Below, one piece after another: positions 24,001 to 36,509 of a DNA stretch of 64,000 nucleotides (position 1 is its first letter; each line of letters opens with the position of its first letter). The position numbers and the translations under genes were made by a program. Source of the DNA: Antedon mediterranea (taxonomy: Eukaryota; Animalia; Echinodermata); the NCBI RefSeq assembly GCF_964355755.1, contig NC_092678.1, forward strand, positions 7,084,422 to 7,148,421, read 5' to 3'. The notes beneath the pieces were generated by a model, which worked only from the letters and a program-made list of their open reading frames with translations, ran no database searches and was not told where the DNA came from.

Positions 24001-26313
24001 CTAGTATTGATAGTTTTTCGTGGAAATTTGGAAATTCATACATATCACTAATTGATTGAAAGATTCAGGTAATAGTTCCTTATAAAGTAACGACATGAGG
24101 CGAGTCTTCTAGTTTTTCATATATCCTAATTAAAAATATACCCAACCAAATCCACTATTTGAATATACATCCCTGTACAAAATGGTGTACTCTTTCAACT
24201 ATGTTGTTGAACAGTTGAGAATAATTACGGCATGTCAGTTCGTTATTGAATGATAAGTAATGAACTTGGTCTCTAACGTTATATTAACCCGTCTTAGACT
24301 GTAGGCCTACATTTTACTCGTTTGTTTGTAGGTTAATTTGTTTTTAATGTGTTTGGTGTAATTTCCCACTGAAGCTTTGCTAAAATCTGGATTCCGTGGG
24401 GATGCGCGATGATCGAACCCATAAGGCTTATGTGATGGGAAAATTATAATAAGTTGTGCATATCTTAAGTTTAGTCATCCGTGTCTTGCATGATATACTA
24501 AGAGGCACATTATTTAATTTTAAAAACCAAAGCAACACAATTTAATACCAAGATAAACCAAATAAGTGGAGTTGTGGCTTGGTGGTTATGATGCTTGGCT
24601 ACCACTCCAATGGTCCTGGGTTGAAGTCCTGTCACATGTCAGGATTTTTTCTAAGGACTAAATTACTCCACTCCCAAAGACTTGTAATAAGACTTTGTTT
24701 ATGTAGAGCATCTTGTTTATATGTTTGTCTTGTGAACCTCTGAGGGTCCCTAATGATCAGCAATAGCTGGATGGATCACCCTCATTAAATATGGTTTAAA
24801 AAAAAAAAAAAAATATATAGTATATACTCAATATTTTTTTTTTTTTATCAAATTGCATTATTCAACCAGAATCTTAAGCTCTGTCTACACTATAAAATTA
24901 GTTTTTTTTAAATAGTGTGATGTACCCAAATATAGTGGTAATATGCCCTATATATGGGAACATAGCTTTGTTTTGTCACATAAAGCTTGATAGAGATCAG
25001 CCTGAATATTGAATGTATACCAACAGTTTTAATTCCGCCCTTTGTAACAATTCAAATCGACTTTTATTTTAGACAAACTGACTGATAAATATTATTTATT
25101 TATATTTTATTATTTATTATTTAATAACCCATCTTGCTTGACACGAGACAGCCAATTCTGGCTTAATGACATATGCTGTATGTCAATTTAAGGGATATCA
25201 AAACGTGTTAAAAAATATATAAAAGCATAATAAAGATAATCATTACAATCTTAATTAAAATAATTAAAACATGTATCTATAATCAGAATTTTTTAATTAA
25301 ATTTTATAAAACAAACAGATAAACAGAGAAAAAAGTAAAAGAGAAAAAAAAAGAAAATGGAGAAAAAAGAAAAGGATAGAAAAATAACAGGTTTTACATG
25401 TTAAAAGCTGGAATGAATTTAATTAGAAAAATATTAATTTACCGTCAAACTGTCGACAAATTCCGAGTAGTCGATCTTCCCCGAGTCATCATGGTCGAAC
25501 AGTTTAAATGCTCGTTCGACTGCTTCCTCTCCGACTGTTGCCGTTATACCGATTTTTTCTAGGCCAGTTTTAAACTCTTTTTTAGAGAGTTCAAAGTCTT
25601 TGTTGCGGTCCATCTGGCGAAAAGCACTGCAATATGAAAGATGGAATTAAATTATCCCCATAGGATTGCAGTTAGGAGTCTAGTTTTCCTGGTATTATTG
25701 TGTTAGGTGTTAAGACCTAAACCGAAGTAATGCGTTAACATTTGCTTCCTATTAATAAATAATACGGAAGATATATTTTAAGTCATGGTTTCTGAACATC
25801 TTAGGGAAAATAATCATGTCGCTCTAAATATACTATCAAACTAGTTTGAAAAATAAGGTATGATGTGCCCAAATATTCAATTCAATCCATAAATGGAATA
25901 CAACAACATTTATTCAATATTCAATATTTTACAAAGTTTATGGGTTAAGATACACAGAAGCCAAAGTGGCTTGTCTTTGTAGTCCTAAGCATAAACATAA
26001 AACATATTATACGGACGCATTACATTAACAAAAAATGACATTTTGAGACAGAAAACGAAAAAAAAAACACAAACACAACAAAGTGATATATATGGTAGTG
26101 ATATGCTCAAATATGGTAATGATATGACATCATCATGTCCGTTTGTGAGCACATCACATTTTTTGTCACATAAAGGTTGATAGTGTAAACAGAGCTTTAG
26201 TAAAGTTAATATATTGTCTTATGATGGACTTACTGCATTAGTCCCTTGCGTCCACCAGCTTCAACGAGCCTCGACCTGATAAGCTGCACTGGGTTCTGTT
26301 GATCGGCTGCCAT
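12002..26313 (-). CDS. Calcyphosin-like EF-hand calcium-binding protein (CAPS/CAPSL family), 4 coding exons, about 177 aa
   Basis: Exons 26313-26234, 25626-25443, 13183-13013, 12100-12002. All GT-AG, 534 nt, in frame. FRQMDRNKDFELSKKEF, FDHDDSGKIDYSEFVDSL, PLMSADRRKKVREVFARLDKDGS and DGKISLQEFAAYY...TDEEF...W are colinear with calcyphosin. Confidence 0.88.
12170..12780. repeat. 48-bp tandem repeat, about 12 copies
   Basis: Unit GATGATCACATGACGAGATCCCGGATCTCACCTGCATCCTTTAGAAAC in the last calcyphosin intron. Confidence 0.92.
13770..13777 (+). promoter_or_regulatory. Putative TATA box of the nested kinase gene
   Basis: TATATAAG about 145 bp upstream of ATG 13916, in a CpG-containing segment. 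Confidence 0.45.
13916..15868 (+). CDS. Tyrosine-kinase-like non-RD protein kinase with Ser-rich N-terminus, nested antisense in the calcyphosin intron
   Basis: ORF 14462-15868 has GHGSFG, VAVK, alphaC Glu (IEARVM), HNDVAARN, DFG, VAPE and SDVYAIG. A likely first exon 13916-13971 (GG|GTAGG) joins in phase to the AG acceptor at 14489-14490, giving about 477 aa. Confidence 0.85.
14810..14899 (+). repeat. 30-bp coding tandem repeat (ALSPGQIPAS x3)
   Basis: Three copies of GCGTTATCACCGGGTCAGATACCAGCATCG in frame. Confidence 0.9.
16560..18100. repeat. Tandem array of 7 units of 168-218 bp
   Basis: Conserved core ATGYTTGCCGATTCGAGGGACCACTATCACAGCC...TTTAGGTAAAA starts at 16630, 16844, 17053, 17271, 17439, 17607 and 17788. 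The last unit is split by a SINE. Confidence 0.9.
17830..18072 (+). mobile_element. tRNA-derived SINE with L2-type 3' tail, copy 1
   Basis: A-box TGGCTTGGTGG, B-box-like GGTTAAAGTCC and poly(A). Nearly identical to 24568-24813. Confidence 0.85.
19085..20179. mobile_element. PIF/Harbinger-like MITE with nested insertions
   Basis: TIR AGGCCCATTTACACTAG / CTAGTGTAAATGGGCCT with TTA on both flanks (19082-19084, 20180-20182). Confidence 0.8.
19501..20083. mobile_element. Kolobok-like non-autonomous element (TTAA TSD)
   Basis: TTAA|AGCTCAGGTAC ... GTACCTGGCCT|TTAA. A related remnant at 4431-4562 plus 7342-7362 is split by the LINE. Confidence 0.55.
20705..20886. mobile_element. Palindromic MITE, family with AAGCTTGGTTCCCACT ends
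   Basis: Long imperfect self-complementarity (ACGCAACGCAAG..ACCAAT / ATTGGT..CTTGCG). Related copies near 10278-10421, 23727-23957, 26658-26818, 29270-29452, 31001-31120 and 61178-61291. Confidence 0.75.
20890..21079. mobile_element. Harbinger-like MITE
   Basis: TIR AGGCCAATTTACA..GA.GAGCGGTAA / TTACCGCTCGTCTGTGTAAATTGGCCT. Confidence 0.7.
22155..22260 (+). mobile_element. Short Helentron-associated (HINE-like) element; second copy near 62715-62815
   Basis: CTACAGCTCA, (GGTC)n microsatellite and GCACGCGA...TGTATATG(A/G)CCTTGTT end are shared by both copies. Confidence 0.5.
22280..23713. mobile_element. PIF/Harbinger-like non-autonomous DNA transposon, 1.4 kb
   Basis: Perfect TIR AGGCTGGTTTCCTGTCGACGTAAGAA, TTA TSD at 22277-22279 and 23714-23716, subterminal CGTAAG-rich repeats. 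Confidence 0.88.
24568..24813 (+). mobile_element. tRNA-derived SINE with L2-type 3' tail, copy 2
   Basis: A-box TGGCTTGGTGG, B-box GGTTGAAGTCC, same body and tail as 17830-18072, poly(A). Confidence 0.85.
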
Positions 26314-29300
26314 ATTGTACTATAATAACAAGTATATGTTAAATTTGTCCATTATCTTCCATTATTTTTAATTAAATTTCCATGAATGTGTGTCGTATGC
26401 CATATATTAACAAGTACTGAATCTCATGCATGAATAATCGCTTCCTAAATAGATATATGATATTAAAAAAATATTCGAACATGCAGTAGAGAAAAAACAC
26501 ACCTAACGTTTTTATCAGTAATGTTTGAGTCTGAGGTGAGAACATTAAAATAAGACGGACAGACAGATAGTCGCAAACGAAACACTTTTGTAAAACGGTA
26601 AAACAACATCAATGTAATTTTTCGAGAGTAGGCCTACTTTTTCTTATGTACTTTCTTAAGCTTAGGTCCCACTATAGAGACGTAACGCAACAAGCACGTG
26701 ACGCAACCGATTTGACCAATGACAAGCGGCAGTTCGAATAATACATCGCATGTGATTGGTTAACTAATTTTCATTGTTTTACGTCTTGTGGTGTGGCTCC
26801 CTGGTGAGAACCAAGTTTAAAGAATTACATTAATGTGCAAATCCAGAGGATGTATATTCACTAACTGGTAACACTGGCCCAGTATAGCTCAGCTACAGAC
26901 ATAATTAGGCCTATTAGGTTAAAAATAATACAAAAAGTTTATTTTTTCTGACTCTTTTATTTTTCGTATTATTTTGTTTAATGCTTCTCATTTTTAATCT
27001 TTGTGCACAGAAATATAGAGATTTTACTGAGTAATTTAAACTTATACCCTACACATGAAACAAAAAAAGTTGAACCTTATCAAAATAAATGTGAAGGGTG
27101 GCTCCGGTACATAAAGTTATAAGATAGGAATTTGTCATCGAATTTAAATTTCTCAACTCAATAACTGTATATATCATAGTGTCGTGAAAATGTTTGTTGA
27201 TAAAGTTTTATTGTGTGGCCAACCAGTATAGCAACGTCCAACTCATCCTCTTACATTCACAATAACTTTACAGCCTTTCTAAACGTGCTTCACTAATTAT
27301 ATAGAGTTGTATGTCAGGGATATGCAAACATTTTTATTTAATTGAAAAATACCATTGGATTAGTCTTCAATTTAGTAGATAATTAATTGCTATGTTTTGA
27401 TATAATAGATGGATTTACGAGGAATTATGGTCTAAGGTAGACATTTCGCCTAGCTTGTTATACCGATATCAATACGTGCAGTGTTGAAGAGCAAGACATT
27501 TGTAACGCCAGATATTTAAAAAAAGGTTGCACAGGCTGTAGGCCTACGACATTACCTTTTATAGGCCTCGGGTTTCCGAAAACCATTACACACATTAAAG
27601 CAAGCGTTGCGAGTGCAGCATCTAGTTATCTAGATAATTGTTTACATTTTTACCATCGATTATACAATTATACTAAACTAAACAGCTAATCATCACATAG
27701 TTTTGTTTAACCTTTTGTGGAGTTAACCACTACTTTTATTTATTTCATTTTCAAACGATCAATACAATCTTCCTAATATATATATTCCAATGTTATTCTG
27801 ATTTTTTTCCCCAAATATTTTCTCCTATCCTTTATACAGCACATATGCCTAGTTATTATCATCATTGTTGTACGTTCATACTAGATATAATAATACCGTT
27901 GTATATGTCTATTCACACACAATAACTATTACCAGTATCAATACAACGTAATACCAGCATTCCTTGAAATGAGCTACTGTTTGCAATTGTTGAACAAACA
28001 ACGAAGGCCTACCCTGAGAATGCATACAATAAATGCAATCAGGAATGGGGTTTGTAAACTATACGTGGGAGTGGGTTTGTTTAGACAAGTCCTAACAAAA
28101 AGCATTCCAGATTGTTTGACCAATAAAATCGACGAAAAAGTCGAACGTACTTTTGTATCCTAGTTTCACAATGGTAAATAGGTCTAATTAATTGCCAACA
28201 TTCAAAACGTATAGGCCTAGCTTTAATTGGCTATTAATATTACACTATACGATAGGGTTTAAGAGCTTTGTATCTGTATATGTACAATTGATGACGAAAT
28301 ATTACAGAATAAATGAATGAAATGAATATAGTCCTATCCAATCAGCTCGATCTTTCACGATATAGGATCTATGTGAATTACAAATGCAATGTTTTTTTTA
28401 AAGTAGGCCTACAATTTCTATCATGATAATTTAATATCTAATATTCGAAGAAGTTAATTGATCAGACGTTGCCCTCTTTGACGTAATTTTACTTTATGGT
28501 TATAATTGTACATTTGAGAATACTCCGGCGTAACTTATCGAACCCACGACCTCCAGTCACTAGCCTAACGAATGGTAGCTGAGGCCTACCCCTGCTAACA
28601 AGGGGAAGCTCGGCGATCTAAATATCAAAACTATAATGAATAATGTCTAAAGATTTTGTGTTCACACATAAGATATCGGTGTGTGAATATAAGTAAATAT
28701 TATATGACAATGCCAATCTACCTGATCTATAATGAAGGCTACACACCTTTTCCAACAATGGTCCCTTCAGTATGTTTGTATACCCCTACCGGAAGTATGC
28801 ACACCCGAATTGTCTATCTTTGGCCTAGAATCTCCTAAATACGGGCTATAATTAGCCCTGACGTAATAGCAAACTTACCTGGTACGATTATTCAAGGAAC
28901 AAATAATCTACCACAATGCCCCTGTATCGTTTGACTGACTTCAATGCATGTATACAAATAAACGTATTGGTATCCAACATTTCTAAAGTCGTGCACTGAC
29001 TCATGAATGGCTAGCCGTACACTCAACTAAACGTGACGTAAATTTCGGTCAACCGGTGATTTTAAAGAGAAGATGGTTTAATTAACGATACTGTATATAG
29101 TCGTTTCCCTATAATTCAAAGTGCAGGTTTATTGGAGTTTTTCATTTCTTCTTGCTTGTTTTAAATCCCCGTAGATTATAATGTAAACGCATTTAATTTT
29201 TTAAATAAATTGATGTCAATCTGTTATTGTTTTGAAAGTGACACTTGGGAATAGCGATGCAAATTGTTAAGTTAGGACGAAACGCAAACGAGTTGACCAA

Positions 29301-29458
29301 TGACATGGAAGCGAAAGAAATTTTGGATAATCCATTGCTTCTCTGAATCGGTCATATTACTAGCGCTGGCGTCCTAATGGGAACCATGCTTAATCGGTAA
29401 ATGTGCGTTGCACTTACATCCTTGCGTTGCGTATTAAGCGAGAACAAAGCTTTAGTCG

Positions 29459-29808
29459 AGTCGAATGGCCAAGCGGTAGATGCAGAAGCTCCGCCGCAAA
29501 TCGGTAGGTTCAAGTCACACCTGGACAATTGTTCTGGGGGTAGAACAAGTCTCGAATAAGGACTTCAAACTGAAGATGCAGTGTACACATCTGGCTTGTG
29601 TGCACTTTAAAGAACCCAGTACATATTTTTGGAATAGTATGGGGTTACCCGGTGTAGGCCTACTGGTCTATTCATCCCCTGTCGTTGTGGAAAGACGAAT
29701 ATGGGCGCCGTTTCATGGTAGCACTCGACATGAAGGGACCGTATATGTGTCGTCCACACCTGTGCGCAATTCAGCCCCGCAGGTTATACCCCCATTACAT
29801 TTACATTT
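29459..29808 (+). mobile_element. tRNA-headed SINE with Deu/Nin-like central domain
   Basis: A-box TGGCCAAGCGG, B-box GGTTCAAGTC, core ATAAGGAC..AAAC...GTGCACTTTAAAGAACCCA...GGGGTTACCCGGTGT, tail CATTACATTTACATTT. Confidence 0.72.
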
Positions 29809-32064
29809 TAGTAGGCCTACGTGCCCATTGGTAACGCGTTCCATCGGGGACCGGGAGGTTCTCAACAACCCCTCCCCTCAATAACTTTATTCTTATTGGT
29901 AGGCCTACGAATACACGAATGATTTTCTAGAGATTTGAACGTTAAAAAGCAATTATAATACGCACGTGGCCTGTTATTGTGTGAAAGGTCTCTGCAAAAT
30001 GTATTAGTTTGAAACCAGTTTACTGGTAAACTGAGTCATAAGGTTTAATCAACTTTCAGGTGAAGTTGTAGCCATTGATGTGGACAATATTTTTGTTCTC
30101 CAATTAAGGACTGGAATTTTTACCGTCGTGTGTATTATTCAAGGTGATCACAGTTGCTATTTTATTTTTTACGTTAGGAGACAAATTATAAGTCTATACG
30201 CCGGTATAATAGGCCTATTTCTGGGCTTCGTATAAGTTTAGTAGCACGACGTACAACATCGATGTATTCTATGTCTATGGCGCCAAATGAAATTAATGTA
30301 ATTTAGTAACCTGGAAATTTAAGTTTAACAACATTATAAAATTACCGAGTTATTCGAATAAGCTCCCCCATGCGTTTATTGTTCAGGGGGTGAGAGGGTT
30401 GTAATATGTTTACATGTATAATCAAATAAATTCTCCCTAACACAATTAATATCAAGAGATAAAATATAGTCAAAATGCTTGGTCATGAAAGTCAATGTCA
30501 TCATCAGTCAACTACATAATGTTACAATTGTGTATGCATGTTTATTAAAGGAATATAATAAATGCTGCGCTTCGGGGTGTTTATTTAGGAGGTGATTATT
30601 ATTATTTGAATAATACTACTGTATAACAATAAGGCATAGACTGGTATTCACGCATCAGTGTATGATCATGTACTTGTTACTAGCAGACGCACCATAGACC
30701 TAAACTTCCTATTCAAATGTGTAGAAAATTTAAAAAAAAAACCAGTAAGGTAAACCAACCCATCGTACACATAACTGCTGTCTAGAAAGATAATTTATAG
30801 ACAACTCAAGGTATTCAAATAATTATGAAGAGTCAAGTAAATCTATAAATAGAATTTCAACAGATCTACAGTTACGCATGTATGAAACGCTAAATAGATT
30901 TTGTAACTGTTCAAAAAGTAATTCGTGAATGTATTTTGATTTGAGATATTCCTCTGTCGAAAGACGCAGTATATTAGATTGATAACTGTGGTTAATAGTT
31001 TAGCTTGCATCCCACTAGGATGTATGCGCAACGCAAGTAATTTAACCAATCACAAGCCATGGAGTATTCCAACTGTCGGCTGTCATTGGTCACTCGCTTG
31101 TGTTGCGTTTACGTATGTGAAGCATCAAATACTGTTATCAATTATTGTTTTTAACCAGTTGCATTAATTAAGTTTCAGTAAATTATTATATTTTTTGAAT
31201 AGAAAAATAATAAATAATAATTTAAAATAATATTTTGGGTTGAAAATTTACACAATAATTAATTTACTATAGTTTTATTGGTTTCTAATATTTATGAATT
31301 TGATATCGGAGCCTGGTTTAATTAGTGATCATGTTTATTCAATAATTTTTTTTTTATTTCCATGAGCCTAGATAATTATTGCATTTAAATACACTTTGTA
31401 AGGACATTTTCTTACGTTGCGTTGCGTCGGTAAACTCATTCACCAATCTGATAAACTTCCATGATACTACAAAATAATTTAATAATTGTGAAACTGGTAT
31501 TATTTAAGATCAACACACGTTACAATCTTCATTCATGTTTAAGAAAGTACGTTTTGTGTACAGTGACGTCATGTATCTCTGACACAGTTACTGTCAAACT
31601 TTGTCGATGTCTTGAACTAGACACTGAACGAACAGTATACATTTGTACACGTAATTATGCGCGTCAACTGTCCATCTCGTTTGTGGTGTCTCTAACATCG
31701 AGGCAAAAATAACTTATTATTGTTATTGTTATTGGTATGTTGAAGAGGTAAGTGATACATTGACTCTACGAATGTTTATTTTCATCTCTTCGTTTATGAG
31801 ATTTGGTAATGACTCGACTCGTGCCTTTCGAGACGGCGCACGATGTATCCTATAATTGGCGTATATTGGAATTCACGAGTTAATAATTATGTAACCAGCG
31901 GTATAAAATCTAGTAGTTATAAGGAAGATAAATCCGTAGTAACCAAGTATATATAGTAACATAGTTCATAGTATTAGTTAATTTTATTTGTCCATACGGA
32001 AATTCATGTGACACAATTTCTCAAAGTTAAAAGGTTAATACAATAAAACAACATAACCTGTTAA

Positions 32065-32360
32065 AGATGTATTGTCTCCAAAAACATGAAAAATAAAGAT
32101 TAATTAAATCATCAGACTTTTATTACTTTCGTAGAAAAAAAAACAAGAAAAAATTAATGTTTTCACTTATAAAATAACAAAATAAATTCAACCAAATCCA
32201 TTGGCTGGCAGCCAATTTGACTATTTTTTGCTTTAAATTACAGTTTTTTTTGCAGAAAAATAAATGTTTTTCGATCTAAATTTTGTTCAAAGATCATGTG
32301 ACATTAAAATGGCATATTAAAAAAAAATTTACAAATTATTTTTCAGGAGGCAATACATCT
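32065..32360. mobile_element. Kolobok-like MITE followed by a truncated tandem copy
   Basis: TTAA|AGATGTATTGTCTCC ... GGAGGCAATACATCT. A second start GATGTATTGTCCCCA follows immediately. Confidence 0.55.
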
Positions 32361-34261
32361 TGATGTATTGTCCCCACAAACATAAAAAATGAAGAATAAT
32401 GAAATCAAATTTTGAATAGTCCATTTTGTAGTTTTAATAAATTAATTACTTCCGCAGAAAAATGATGTTTTAACTTGTTAATAACATAAAAATATTAATT
32501 TTCGCCATTCAAACCTTAAATCATAACACTTATACTAACTTGGTTAACCAGAATAATTGTTACTTACTAATGTTAATACATTTAGGCCTAACTAAGTAAG
32601 TAATTTGTAGTAGATGGTAATTACATTAGTAAAACCACAAGCAACAGAAACCAAAATTCACCAATAATACTGTAGTGTTGTATAGGCTTATTATTGTAAA
32701 CTCGTCAACATATACGTTCTAGTTTAAGTCTTATTTATTTTAAAGTCCAAAACTCGTTAAGCGAAATATTTTTTTTTTGGTCTTTTGTCTTAAATTTAGA
32801 TTTTATGTATGTTAGAAAGAACAAAAAGGAAAGACAATAAAGAGTATTAGTTGATTATTAGTTGATAAAGACATTTAAAAAACCTACCTATTCAACTTCC
32901 TTCTAATCGACTTGTGCTTGATCTACACACAAATACCATGCAGGTTAGTGTAGGAAGATGTGAACTAACTTCTAACTACAACCATCAAATGGAGACTGTC
33001 TTACTATCAGTATAGTTGCTGATTATTAAACGTTGCATGGATCACTGCTCCAAGTGGGATAGTAATTATTCGAATATACATAAATGGTTCATGAATGAAT
33101 ATTAAAGATAGAAAACACTTTACTTACTGACGGATGAGTTTATGAACTTTTAACTATTCGCCACAGACTACCCGAGTCAAAGTTGAAAGATAGTCAATAC
33201 TAATCGAATTCCATTTTCCAAAAATACTCTGATGATTTCAAAATATATTAGGTGTAATAAATAAATTCAATTAATATACTATTAATATTTACTATTTTTA
33301 CCTTCTTATTTAAAGTGTTTTGTATTTGTTATGCTCTTTTGCCTTGGATATGCTTGATCCTCCAAGCTGTGACCTGGGATGATTGTTACATTCTTATGTT
33401 TATTTCAAATAGATGATGATTTACATACTATTTCCTCAGCACATCCTAATTAGTTTATATAATTTGTTCCACTGCTTTTTCAAAGTATTTAAGTTACAAA
33501 ACGTTAGTCAGAATTATTTTCATTCGTTTTACATTATTCATCTTTCTCAAAACCTCAATTTAGAAAGATTAACATTTTTTACAAGATCTTTATTCTATAT
33601 AAATTTTAATTTTTTTTACATTACTACGCGACTCATGAATTTGTTTTGTGGGATAAAATCAGAGCCTATGATTAAGAAATGTATACGGCAATCTCAATAT
33701 TCCTATTGTTAGAAAATCTCAATTTTTGTGTTATTTATTTCATAATGGACTTCAAATATAGAATAATTGCCATTCTATGTTTTAAAGAAAATAATAAAAA
33801 TTATTTTGATTTATGATATCAGTATTATAAAGAATAGATGGATCGTCAAGAAAGATGGAAGTATGCCGATGGGCTTAAAATAATGGATAGAAAAAATAAA
33901 AAGAAGGGGATATTTGGTTAGAAAATTACAATATCCTCCGCCTATTATAAATTTCTTTTCTGTTCCGTTAGAATTTCAAATAGTGTCAAATAAAGTTTGA
34001 TATAAAATCTATAGTTTCTATAATAAGTGTTAAATCTACATAAAATCATTCGAGTAAAAATGACAAGATTTCCATGGGGAGCCATTTCGCTTGATTGCTA
34101 TCTTACAGGAAACGTGTAACGTATAATTGGGTATTGACGATTTTCCAGAATACTGTGTCTATTTTAAATTACGACTAAAAGTCACTAAAAATGTACCGCA
34201 ATAATTAATAGTTTATCAAGTTTATACTTGCACCAATGATCAGAATATCACACAGTAACGT

Positions 34262-34446
34262 ACGCGCATGCGTAATCATATTCATAATTATTTTTTAGTA
34301 AAAATAAGACTAAAATACGTCATTCTGCAATAAGTGAACTACTGACCAATCAACAACAGAAACCGACCATCCGACATCCGGGGTACGGTGACGCTCAACT
34401 ATCGGCGCATACGAGGACAAAATGGCGAAGAAAAAGTTTTGTAAGT
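34262..34446 (+). promoter_or_regulatory. Housekeeping-type promoter and short first exon (MAKKKF) of an unidentified gene or pseudogene
   Basis: NRF1-like ACGCGCATGCGT at 34262, CCAAT near 34346, local CpG enrichment, AAAATGGCG (ATG 34422) and consensus donor GTAAGT at 34441. Confidence 0.5.
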
Positions 34447-36509
34447 AAAGTATGTACTTATTGTAATTGACTTAGTTTAAACTTATTTTGCTTCATCATC
34501 ATTTCACAAAATTAGAAATGATAATACTAATACGAAATGTCCTTTAATCTTTCTAAAATTTTAGCTAGATAGGCCCCTAAAAAGGCTAGGCCTACCTAGT
34601 AGTATCTTAGGCTAGGAATTACGTGTAGGCCTATGTACTACTCGAGTACTACCACCTAGAACAACAACCATAGCATTAGAACCTGACCAACGCTAGGCCT
34701 AAGTGTACGTACGTGTGTGCAGGCCTCTTCTATGGGTTAAATACGAAGCCCTGCAACACTACACAAAGTGTAATTCATACAAATATATATCATGTTTATA
34801 TTGTTTTTTTTTCAATGCAGCTTATTCTTAATTGGTGTATTCCATTCCATTATACCTTTGTTTTGTTTTTAATTAGTTTGTACTAATTAGTTTTGTTTAT
34901 TTTTGTATTTTATAATAATATGGAGTAAGAGCAGTTTTTCTGTTTGGGCTCAGGCCTATTACTTGCTCCTGGCAAGATGAAATGTAAAACGTACTTTTTA
35001 AAAACGTTTGCCGAATAAATATTATTATTATAATAAGTTAACTTAACTTATTTTGTATTGTTTAGATGTTTTTATATGAATGGTTGTTCTATCCTATTAT
35101 TTTATTTTTTGTGTTTACTTTTTTTATGACGAGCAATGAATTTCCTTTTTGAGGATCAATAAAAGTTATCTTATCTTATATATTTTTTTGGAAGGATTTT
35201 TTACCAACCCTAATATTAATTTATTATATTAGTGAACAAAATAAAATCTTTAATAATGTGTGTGGGCCTAGTAGTACAGTATGGTGCATTGGTGGTGCCA
35301 AATATAATTTTGACGCAATTATTGTAAAGTTACTGTAGATAGCCTATTCAGTATTTGTTGACTGTATGTAGTCCTAATAACATAAATCATTTCAATTTAT
35401 AGAATATTATAGGTTTATGAGGCTCAAGCTAACAAGATCTCTGCTGCTGCAGGAGTTTTGCTTCATCTGAAATTGGAATAATATTAATGGATTTATTACA
35501 AAGAGATAAAAAGAGAGAGAGAGAGAGCGGTCAATGAAACATTTGTGTGGAAGGTTAGGATTATGATTACATTGTATATTGGTAAGTTAAATCCACTTGG
35601 ATAATGTTATTGTTTTATTTTGTTATTATATATTTTAGAGGTTTTTGTTTGTTTGTTTTTACAAATAGAGGAAGCATAAATGAATACTGTATAATTATTG
35701 AATACAACTCACTACAATGTGTGCATTCATGCATGCATGTGTAATCAGCGTGGTAGCCAGCATGAGACAAACAATGTGCTTGCCTCTTCTGAAATGTTCA
35801 TCACCTACCCCAATACATGACACAGGTCATATTTATATCAATAATTATATTTAAAGCATCTTTGCCTTCTTTGTTTTTAACTTTAACTCGCCATTGCCTT
35901 GGTAATATTAAGTGGAAGGCTATCTGCAATCCCAGAGTTGTGGGTACAAATCCCATCAGATATCAGGATGTAGAGCTTTTTATGTTGGTCTTATGAATGG
36001 GAGAAAGGAGAAAGGTTTGAATGAATTATGAAAAATGATGATAATTAAAAAAGAAATGTCAAACATAGTGTGCCACTGCCAGGCTACAATAATGTATAAT
36101 CAACAGGTACAAACATCTCTTATTTAAAACCCATATAATAGAGCCTAGCACAACATGTTACTAGCTAACGTCAGTTGGTAGAAAGAGAGTGCAGCAGTAA
36201 ACCTGTACTCTTTTTTATATGCCGGATGTGCTGGCAGTCAAAATAATTTGTGACTACAATATATACTGCAGAAATAACATCAAATTCTAGATCTGGACTA
36301 CTACCGTACTTTGTTTTCCACGTTTCTTCCTCTTGAATTTTAACAGTTTCAGCTACCGATAATTAACCATACAATGCTGTTTGTATGTATTGTATGTGCA
36401 ATGTTTGGTATATGATAGCAGTCTTAAGGGCATACTATACCAGGGACTAAAGAATTATTCCATAGTACTTCTCGTTTAGTAGTGTATACAATTAATAATT
36501 CCATTGTTT

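Noticed and set aside
33250-33900. Possible decayed L1/Tx1 LINE fragment
   Set aside because: Too degenerate to recover diagnostic motifs by eye.
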